Source of the DNA: Minisyncoccota bacterium
GTDB lineage: Bacteria; Patescibacteriota; Microgenomatia; UBA1400; UBA12028
NCBI GenBank assembly: GCA_016211945.1
Contig: JACRHV010000004.1
Span: 263,472-327,471, forward strand
Reading direction: 5' to 3'
DNA: 64,000 nucleotides
In this document: positions 56,575-64,000 of the stretch, in pieces
How the letters are laid out: each line of letters opens with the position of its first letter
Numbering within the stretch: the stretch's first letter is position 1
Notes under the pieces: generated by a model
Told to the model about the DNA's origin: nothing
What the model saw: the letters and a program-made list of their open reading frames with translations, nothing else
Databases searched by the model: none
Program-made: the position numbers and the translations under genes

Positions 56575-57660
56575 ATGCCGCCAACAAAAACAGTAACGCA
56601 AGTAAAACATGACGATTCACCTCAAGTATCGTTGAAGAATCAACGACTCCAGGCTGTTGCTATTGCAATGCAACAGATCGATAAAACGTACGGCAAGGGA
56701 TCAATCATGAAGTTGGGCGAGCGTATGCAAAATCAAGAAGTTATCCCAACAATCTCCACAGGATCTATTGCACTTGACGTTGCGCTCGGCGTTGGAGGTC
56801 TTCCTCGAGGGAGAATTGTTGAGATCTATGGACCGGAGGCCTCGGGAAAAACAACGGTTTGTCTTCATGTTATTGCAGAAGCACAAAAGCATGGTGGCAC
56901 TGTCGCGTTTATCGATGCTGAACATGCGCTCGACCCACAACGTGCGGAAGAAATCGGCGTGAATCTCGATGAACTCCTCATTTCTCAGCCAGACAATGGG
57001 GAACAGGCACTTGAGATCACCGAAACACTTATTCGTTCCGGTGGAGTAGATGTCATTGTTGTGGACTCGGTGGCGGCACTCGTTCCAAAAGCAGAACTTG
57101 AGGGAGATATGGGCGATGCTGTCATGGGCATGCAAGCACGCCTGATGTCCCAAGCACTGCGCAAACTGACCGCCGCCATCAGTAAGTCAAAAACACTGCT
57201 CATCTTCACAAATCAACTCCGCATGAAAATTGGTGTGATGTTTGGCAACCCAGAAACAACAACTGGTGGACAAGCGTTAAAGTTTTACTGCTCTGTTCGC
57301 ATAGATATGAGAAAAATTGGGAATATTCAAGAGGGTGACGTTATTGTGGGAGGGCGGCACAGAGCAAAAATTGTAAAGAATAAAGTAGCTCCTCCATTCC
57401 GCACCGCAGAGTTTGACATCATGAATAAAGGAGGAATATCAAAATCTGGAAGCGTTGTTGATGTTGCCGCAGAGCTTGGGATTCTCGAGAAAGCGGGAAG
57501 TTTCTTCAAATATAAAGGTAATGTGCTCGCTCAGGGTCGTGAAGCACTCAAGCTAGAACTCGAGAAAAACTCAAAACTACTTCTTGAATTAGAAAGCACT
57601 ATTCGTGAAAAAATTAAGCTCGGAAATATGCCTCGAGATGTTAAAGAAAAGATTGATTAA
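56575..57660 (+). CDS. recA: Recombinase RecA
   Basis: [42 protein letters not shown]. Confidence 0.98.
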   Translation: MPPTKTVTQVKHDDSPQVSLKNQRLQAVAIAMQQIDKTYGKGSIMKLGERMQNQEVIPTISTGSIALDVALGVGGLPRGRIVEIYGPEASGKTTVCLHVIAEAQKHGGTVAFIDAEHALDPQRAEEIGVNLDELLISQPDNGEQALEITETLIRSGGVDVIVVDSVAALVPKAELEGDMGDAVMGMQARLMSQALRKLTAAISKSKTLLIFTNQLRMKIGVMFGNPETTTGGQALKFYCSVRIDMRKIGNIQEGDVIVGGRHRAKIVKNKVAPPFRTAEFDIMNKGGISKSGSVVDVAAELGILEKAGSFFKYKGNVLAQGREALKLELEKNSKLLLELESTIREKIKLGNMPRDVKEKID

Positions 57661-57677
57661 TAAATCTTTTATATAGA

Positions 57678-57706
57678 TTGACGATGGCCCCTGCGTACAG
57701 TACAAT
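57678..57706 (+). promoter_or_regulatory. Sigma70 promoter of rny
   Basis: TTGACG-N17-TACAAT. Confidence 0.75.
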
Positions 57707-57867
57707 GCAGGAGCTTTGAACATAAAGGAATTTGGGTATTATTCGCTTATGATGACGCAAGTAATAGCTTCACCAGCACATAATAAATAAGCGTCCTCGC
57801 CGTATAGTCGGCGTTTTTCCGCATTGTTCCAAGCGCCAAGGAAACGAATATAAAGAAGAGGAGTACT

Positions 57868-59457
57868 ATGTCATTTTTTGGAACAATTTCCGGTTTATTT
57901 GCGCAAAAACAACAAACGGGAGGACAAAAGCAGCAGGTGCAAAAACAACCTGTAAGAAAAATTCCTCAGCCGCAACCACTAAAACCAGTACAGCAAAAAC
58001 CACCGCAACAGCCACAACGTCCTCAACCAATCAAACCGATGGTTATGGATGACACACAAATTCGTGAAGCTCAAGCACGTGCACGTGAGATTATTGTTGA
58101 AGCAAAAGACGAGGCACTCGCAATTCGTGAAAAGGCTGAACGTGATGCACGAGTAATTAGACAGGAAATCAGTGATAAAGAACGGTCGCTCGATCAAAAA
58201 ATAGCAACGCTTGATGCACGATTGAAGGTGCTTGATGAACGCGACGAAGAAACTCAAAAGAGAAAAGCGCAGGTCGATAAGACACAGCTAGAGCTTGAAG
58301 ATCTTCGTCAACAACTACTCAAGAAACTCGAACATGTCGCAGGACTCACTCAGGTACAAGCAAAACAACAAGTCCTTGAGGGAGTTGAGCGAAATCTATC
58401 AAAAGATGTTGCTCAACTCATCCAGGCCGCAGAAAGCAAGGCAAAAGAAGAGGCGGACGACAAAGCCCGTGAAATTATTATTGACGCGATGAAACATGGA
58501 GCAACGGATTACGTTGCCGAGTACACCGTTTCTGTGGTCAAAATTCCAGACGACGAGGTAAAAGGAAAGATCATTGGAAAAGATGGTCGAAACATTCGGT
58601 CGTTTGAACTTGAAACTGGTGTTGATGTTGATCTCGACGATCAACCGGGTCAAGTACGTATCTCATCATTCGATCCAATTCGACGTGAGATTGCACGCAT
58701 TTCGCTTGAAAGACTCGTTAAAGACGGACGTATCCAGCCTACGCGCATTGAAGAAACTGTAAAGAAAGTCGCTTCCGAGATTGAAAAGATTACGTACGAG
58801 GAAGGGAAGAAACTCTGTCATGCGGTTGGCGTATACAATCTGCCCGCAGACCTCATGCAGATTCTCGGCCGCTTTAAGTATCGATTCTCCTACGGGCAAA
58901 ATCTGATTGCACATACGTTAGAAGAAACCAAGATTGGTATTGCGCTGGCACAGGAAGTTGGAGCCAATGTTGAGGTAGTAAAACTTGGATGTCTCCTCCA
59001 TGACATTGGAAAAGTTGTCACGGAAGAAGAGGGAAGTCATGTTGAGGTTGGCGTAAATCTTCTGAAGAAATATCGTATTCCACAGGTTGTTATTGATTGT
59101 GTGGAACAACATCATGAGGACGTCCCCTTTACCTCGAATGAGGCGGTCCTTGTTTATGTTGCGGACGCAATTTCCGGTGCAAGACCAGGAGCGCGATATG
59201 AAAATTATGAGGAATATGTGAAACGTCTTACAAACTTGGAGACTATCGCGAAAAGTTATGATGCGGTAAAAGAGGCCTATGCTATTCAAGCAGGAAGGGA
59301 AGTTCGCGTTATCTTGAATCCACAACATTCAACAGATGATGACACGATCGTACTCTCCCATAAAATTAAGGAGCGCGTTCAAAAGGAAATGACGTACCCG
59401 GGAACTGTAACCGTTACTGTCATTCGAGAAACACGTGGAATCGACATCGCAAAATAA
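57868..59457 (+). CDS. rny: Ribonuclease Y
   Basis: Coiled coil, KH domain (IIGKDGRNIR), HD domain (LLHDIGK), ADAISGARPGAR, AIQAGREVRV. Confidence 0.95.
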   Translation: MSFFGTISGLFAQKQQTGGQKQQVQKQPVRKIPQPQPLKPVQQKPPQQPQRPQPIKPMVMDDTQIREAQARAREIIVEAKDEALAIREKAERDARVIRQEISDKERSLDQKIATLDARLKVLDERDEETQKRKAQVDKTQLELEDLRQQLLKKLEHVAGLTQVQAKQQVLEGVERNLSKDVAQLIQAAESKAKEEADDKAREIIIDAMKHGATDYVAEYTVSVVKIPDDEVKGKIIGKDGRNIRSFELETGVDVDLDDQPGQVRISSFDPIRREIARISLERLVKDGRIQPTRIEETVKKVASEIEKITYEEGKKLCHAVGVYNLPADLMQILGRFKYRFSYGQNLIAHTLEETKIGIALAQEVGANVEVVKLGCLLHDIGKVVTEEEGSHVEVGVNLLKKYRIPQVVIDCVEQHHEDVPFTSNEAVLVYVADAISGARPGARYENYEEYVKRLTNLETIAKSYDAVKEAYAIQAGREVRVILNPQHSTDDDTIVLSHKIKERVQKEMTYPGTVTVTVIRETRGIDIAK

Positions 59458-59526
59458 ATCAAGATAAACAAAGAGCTTGATTTATGCGACAAAAATCGCT
59501 AAGCTGAATAGAGAAGGAGTAATACT

Positions 59527-59802
59527 ATGACAAAATCTGATCTTGTCGATATCGTTGCAAAGAAAGCACATCTCACAAAGAAAGCTGCCACAGATTCTGT
59601 GGAAAGTTTCCTTGAAGAAGTTATGCGTGCATTAAAAAAAGGTGAAAAGGTTGTACTTTCAGGATTTGGCACATTTTACCTTGGCAAAGTAAAGGACAAA
59701 CAAGTTGTCCCATTTGGAAAAGAAGACAAGCGACAAACTATTAAAGGTCATCGCGTTGTAAATTTCCGTGTTGGAAAACCACTGAAAAAGAATGTGTGGT
59801 GA
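59527..59802 (+). CDS. hup: HU family DNA-binding protein
   Basis: MTKSDLV, GEKVVLSGFGTF. Confidence 0.92.
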   Translation: MTKSDLVDIVAKKAHLTKKAATDSVESFLEEVMRALKKGEKVVLSGFGTFYLGKVKDKQVVPFGKEDKRQTIKGHRVVNFRVGKPLKKNVW

Positions 59803-59827
59803 TCTCACGATCATTGTGAAATATGTG

Positions 59828-59853
59828 AAAACCCTGGGAAACCAGGGTTTTTT
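59828..59853 (+). terminator. Intrinsic terminator after HU gene
   Basis: AAAACCCTGG-AAA-CCAGGGTTTT + T run. Confidence 0.85.
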
Positions 59854-59869
59854 GTGATTAAATGACCTC

Positions 59870-60673
59870 ATGAAAAAGTGGATTGCGTTGTTTCGAATAA
59901 CGCTTGTTCAGTCACTTGAATACCGAGCAGAAACATTTTTGTGGATTCTTTTGGATATTTTCCCAACCGTTATCCTCACAATATTATGGACAACTTTATT
60001 CAAAAACACTTCGGTTATTGGAGGACATTCGCTTTCACAATTATTGGTGTATTACATGTCTATTCTTGTCATCATTAATATAGCTGAGGTTCATTTTGAG
60101 GAACGATGGGTTGAGTCAATACGACGTGGAAAAATAGATTTTAATTTTCTTAAACCTCTTTCACTTCCCACACAAATTTTTGTAGAAACACTTGCAAAAA
60201 AAGTAATATCTTTCCTTCTTTTTCTTTTCCCTTTTTCGCTTTTTCTACTCGTTCTTCATTCTGTAGGAGTTATCACTACTCTTGAATTTTCTGGAGAAAA
60301 AACACTTCTCTTTTTTGTTTTTCTCATCTTAGCTTTTTTCTTTAACACTCTTTTAAGTTTTTTTGTTGTACTTGCAGCATTTTGGATGGATGAGGCTGGA
60401 AGTATTGGTCATTTCAAATGGATGATGACAGGAATTTTTGGCGGAACTATGGCTCCGTTACAGTTTTATCCAGAATCTATCCAACGTATAGCGGCGGTGC
60501 TTCCATTTCGTCGAGCCCTATCAACCCCCGCCTCACTCTTTTCTACTCCAACAGTTACACCATATTTTGTCCACGAAGTAGTTATTTTCTTCTTGTATGT
60601 GTGTGCTCTTTTTGTGATTGCGCGATGGGTATGGAAAAAGGCGGTATACACCTATACATCGACAGGCGGCTAA
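59870..60673 (+). CDS. ABC-2 family transporter permease
   Basis: EYR, IRRGKI..LKP, GGTMAPL..P; 6 TM. Confidence 0.85.
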   Translation: MKKWIALFRITLVQSLEYRAETFLWILLDIFPTVILTILWTTLFKNTSVIGGHSLSQLLVYYMSILVIINIAEVHFEERWVESIRRGKIDFNFLKPLSLPTQIFVETLAKKVISFLLFLFPFSLFLLVLHSVGVITTLEFSGEKTLLFFVFLILAFFFNTLLSFFVVLAAFWMDEAGSIGHFKWMMTGIFGGTMAPLQFYPESIQRIAAVLPFRRALSTPASLFSTPTVTPYFVHEVVIFFLYVCALFVIARWVWKKAVYTYTSTGG

Positions 60674-61452
60674 TGAAAAAATATATTCAAGTACTCTCAC
60701 AATTTTTCCGATTTTCACTGCAACAATTGCTTGAATACCGCGCAGACCTTTTCCTGTGGGGACTCGTGTCTACAGGTTGGACACTTTTTTCTCTTCTCTT
60801 CTACGAAATTTTATTTTTGCAAACAACGAATGTTGCGGGCTGGTCAAAGGAACATATGTATGTTTTCCTTGGAATTTTTATGATTATCGATACCGCAACA
60901 TGGTCATTTTTTTGGAGAAACATGCAGATGTACGCTCGATCAATTTTTGATGGATCACTCGATTTTCTTCTCTTGCAACCCATAGATGTGCAGTTTCGCC
61001 TCTCATTTCGTCACCTTAGCTTCACGAATATGCCAAGACTTTTTATTGGCATGTTTCTTGTGATGACACATCTACGCCCATTTCCAGATTTGTTACATGC
61101 ACTTCTTTTCATTTGCTTACTGACATTCAGCATTTTTCTGATCTATCTCCTCTTCTTTTTTGTGACAACATGCACGTTTTGGGTAGACAAACTCGACAAT
61201 ATCGTAGAGATTGTTCCCGCACTTCGACGCATTTGGTCTATTCCATCTGATATTTATTCAGGTCCTATTTCTGCGTTGCTCACCATAGTCATTCCTCTGG
61301 GACTTATCACAACAGTTCCCACACGCCTCCTTTTGAACACTGATCGCTGGGACCAAACAATAGTACTAATGATTTTTTGTATCATCTTCTTTCTTTTGAC
61401 TCGAGCATTTTTTCATTTTTCTATAAAAAAATATTCTAGTGTTGGATCATAG
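60673..61452 (+). CDS. ABC-2 family transporter permease
   Basis: EYRADL, AGWS, GSLDFLLLQP, KYSSVGS; TAATG coupling. Confidence 0.85.
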   Translation: MKKYIQVLSQFFRFSLQQLLEYRADLFLWGLVSTGWTLFSLLFYEILFLQTTNVAGWSKEHMYVFLGIFMIIDTATWSFFWRNMQMYARSIFDGSLDFLLLQPIDVQFRLSFRHLSFTNMPRLFIGMFLVMTHLRPFPDLLHALLFICLLTFSIFLIYLLFFFVTTCTFWVDKLDNIVEIVPALRRIWSIPSDIYSGPISALLTIVIPLGLITTVPTRLLLNTDRWDQTIVLMIFCIIFFLLTRAFFHFSIKKYSSVGS

Positions 61453-61480
61453 CGTAGAATACAATAATGCGGGGAGTGCA

Positions 61481-62461
61481 ATGAGCGACATCATACAGAT
61501 CAACAATCTCACGAAGTATTATAAGGTTTATAAAAAAGAACCTGGAGTTTTAGGTTCTTTACGGGCGTTATTTTCCCGGTCATATGAAACTGTGCGCGCC
61601 GTGGAGGACATAAGTTTTTCTATACAACAAGGAGAACTTATCGGATTTATTGGTCCGAATGGTGCAGGAAAAACAACAACTCTGAAAGTCTTATCCGGCC
61701 TTCTCTATCCAACTTCCGGAAAAGTGTCAGTGTTGGGATTTAATCCTTGGGATAGAAAAGAGGCATTTCAGAAACAATTTTCGCTTGTTATGGGACAGAA
61801 AAACCAACTCTGGTGGGACCTTCCCGCTATGGAAAGTTTCTTGTTAAATAAAGCAATCTATGAAATTCCAGATGCACAGTTTCACAAAACGTTGGACACG
61901 CTCGTTGAGCTGCTTGACATAAAAGACGTGTTAAAGATCCAAGTGCGAAAACTTTCTCTTGGTCAGCGCATGAAATGTGAACTTATCGCGGCATTGCTTC
62001 ACAGTCCAAAAGTCCTCTTCTTGGATGAGCCAACGATTGGTCTGGATGTTGTGATGCAGAAAGTCATGCGCGATTTTATCCGAGATTACAATAAAGAATT
62101 TGGCGCAACGATTATCTTGACAAGTCACTACATGGAAGATGTAAAGGAACTGTGCAAACGAGTGATTATTATCGATCATGGGAAAAAATTATTCGACGGT
62201 GAACTCAAAAGTATTATTGATGCGTATGCTGTTAATAAAATTCTTTCTGTCGTTCTTTTCGAAGAAGTGAGTAGAGAAAAGTTGGAGAAGATTGGAAAGA
62301 TTCGATCATATAATCATCCACAAATAACGCTTCTCGTCCCCCGGAAAGAAGCCACAAAACGTGCAGCTACTTTACTTCAAAATTTTCCTGTTGCAGACAT
62401 TACTATCGAGGAACCCCCTATCGAGGCGATTATTCGAGATGTATTTCAGCATGGGAAGTAA
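61481..62461 (+). CDS. ABC transporter ATP-binding protein
   Basis: GPNGAGKTT, LSLGQ, FLDEPT, TSH. Confidence 0.93.
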   Translation: MSDIIQINNLTKYYKVYKKEPGVLGSLRALFSRSYETVRAVEDISFSIQQGELIGFIGPNGAGKTTTLKVLSGLLYPTSGKVSVLGFNPWDRKEAFQKQFSLVMGQKNQLWWDLPAMESFLLNKAIYEIPDAQFHKTLDTLVELLDIKDVLKIQVRKLSLGQRMKCELIAALLHSPKVLFLDEPTIGLDVVMQKVMRDFIRDYNKEFGATIILTSHYMEDVKELCKRVIIIDHGKKLFDGELKSIIDAYAVNKILSVVLFEEVSREKLEKIGKIRSYNHPQITLLVPRKEATKRAATLLQNFPVADITIEEPPIEAIIRDVFQHGK

Positions 62462-63257
62462 CCTAAAAAAATATTGGACTGTTCTTCGTATAAGTTGGAT
62501 GAACGGTTTTGCGTACCCGATAAGCTTCTGGATGTGGCGACTACGACAGATGATAAGTATCGTGATTGCCATCTCCATGTGGGAGGCTATCTTTTCTTCA
62601 ACAGAGCGTATTGCAAGTTACGACAAAGCACAGATGTTGTCATATATTTTTGTGTCTAGTATTGTCAGTTTTATTGTTCTGTCTTCAAGGACAATTGAGG
62701 TGCAAAACGTGATTCATTCTGGTGATTTATCGCTTTACCTTATGAAGCCATTGAACTTTTTCTTTTATTGGTTTACTCGAGATATTGCGGACAAATTTCA
62801 AAATATTGTGTTTGCAATAGGAGAACTTGCTTTTCTTTTTGTTGTTTTTCAACCAAACCTCATCATTCCACAACATTGGATGACTGTTCTTTTTTCTCTT
62901 ACTGCGGTATTTGGAGGATTGTTGCTCTATTTCTTCATTAATCTCATTTTTAGTTTTTTTGTGTTCTGGATTCCAGATGCTTGGGCCCCGCGATTTTTGT
63001 TTTTTATCATTGTGTTTTTTACCGCCGGCAGTAGTTTCCCTTTAGACATTTTTCCAAAACCACTTACTGACTTTTTTATGCAAACACCGTTCCCGTTTTT
63101 ACTATATTTCCAGACAAAATTGTGGTTAGGTCAACTGAATCTTGTTGAAATGTGGTCCGGATTTTTCATGCTTAGCTTCTGGATTTGCATGACTGCGGGA
63201 ATCGCGTATGCGTTATGGAAAAAGGGAGTCTATGGGTATGGTTCTGAGGGGAGATAA
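62451..63257 (+). CDS. ABC-2 family transporter permease
   Basis: IHSGDLSLYLMKP, AGSSFPLDIFP, YGSEGR. Confidence 0.85.
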   Translation: MGSNLKKYWTVLRISWMNGFAYPISFWMWRLRQMISIVIAISMWEAIFSSTERIASYDKAQMLSYIFVSSIVSFIVLSSRTIEVQNVIHSGDLSLYLMKPLNFFFYWFTRDIADKFQNIVFAIGELAFLFVVFQPNLIIPQHWMTVLFSLTAVFGGLLLYFFINLIFSFFVFWIPDAWAPRFLFFIIVFFTAGSSFPLDIFPKPLTDFFMQTPFPFLLYFQTKLWLGQLNLVEMWSGFFMLSFWICMTAGIAYALWKKGVYGYGSEGR

Positions 63258-63258
63258 T

Positions 63259-64000
63259 TTGATCACGAGATATATAAAATTTTGGTTTCTTTTCGCAAAA
63301 TACGAAGTGCTGAAGCAATTTTCTTCGATGTTCTCTGTTGTGTTTTTTTTCTTTGGAAAGAGTGTTCGTTTTTTCTCATTCCTTCTTCTTCTCATTGTCC
63401 TACAACAACACACAAAAGCTATGGCTGGATTTACACTTGAACAAGTGATCATCTTTTTCTTTACATTCAATTACATCGACCTCATTTCACAAATATTCCT
63501 ACGGGGAGTCTACATGTTAAGTGGTAAGGTGCGAAGCGGTGAGTTTGACTTTTATCTGACGCAACCAATGAATCTTCTTTTTCGCACAATGGCGGGAAAT
63601 CCTGATTTTAACGACCTGCTTCTATTTATTCCGCTTGTTCTTTTTTCATTGTGGTACACCTTCACCTTTATCCCAACGATAACGCTGTGGAGTTTTATTC
63701 TCTATCTGATTTTTCTCATACATGGACTTCTCATTTCGTTGAGCTTCCATATCTTTGTTGTCTGTCTTGGTATTGTCACAACGGAGATCGACAACACCAT
63801 TATGGTGTACCGTGATATTTCGCAAATGGGAAGATTCCCACTTGAAATATATCGAGAGCCACTCCGAGGTTTCATGACGTTTGTACTACCCGTTGGGATC
63901 ATGATAAGCGTTCCGTCAAAAGCGTTGATGGGTTTGGCTTCACCAATGTTGCTTCTTTTCTCACTCTTTATTACTTGGTTATTTTTCTTTTTTGCGTTGC
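63259..64000 (+). CDS. ABC-2 family transporter permease, runs off window
   Basis: TTG start; AGFT, VRSGEFDFYLTQP, GRFPLEIY. Confidence 0.8.
   Translation, partial: MITRYIKFWFLFAKYEVLKQFSSMFSVVFFFFGKSVRFFSFLLLLIVLQQHTKAMAGFTLEQVIIFFFTFNYIDLISQIFLRGVYMLSGKVRSGEFDFYLTQPMNLLFRTMAGNPDFNDLLLFIPLVLFSLWYTFTFIPTITLWSFILYLIFLIHGLLISLSFHIFVVCLGIVTTEIDNTIMVYRDISQMGRFPLEIYREPLRGFMTFVLPVGIMISVPSKALMGLASPMLLLFSLFITWLFFFFAL

Noticed and set aside
57910-58040. CAA/CAG/CCA-rich repetitive DNA
   Set aside because: Low-complexity coding sequence of the RNase Y N-terminus; not a CRISPR or tandem repeat array.

Overview
This is a gene-dense bacterial chromosome segment (genetic code 11). The gene content, very short intergenic spacers and many apparently leaderless genes suggest Patescibacteria/CPR, probably Microgenomates-like; that placement is inference. 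Most genes are housekeeping: aspS, recJ, cca, secDF, rdgB, nth, ldh, glmS, metG, tatD, gap, pgk, tpiA, two UvrD-type helicases, recA, rny, HU and an ABC-2 exporter. It also holds three tRNAs (Glu-CTC, Cys-GCA, Pro-GGG), a cell-envelope glycosylation gene set, and scattered small orphan genes. No CRISPR array, rRNA, transposase or prophage was seen. The most unusual content is non-coding. (1) A minimal transcriptional T-box riboswitch with an ultra-short K-turn Stem I and an apical Asp (GAC) specifier lies upstream of aspS. (2) Back-to-back with it, sharing overlapping -35 boxes, a four-segment leader-peptide attenuator precedes an operon of four small orphan genes. (3) A glmS ribozyme variant has two extra hairpins inserted in its core. 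(4) An identical 25-bp TTGTAAG direct-repeat box occurs at two promoters, one before TasA-like surface genes and one before the genes preceding recA. All calls come from reading the sequence by eye; no searches or folding programs were run.
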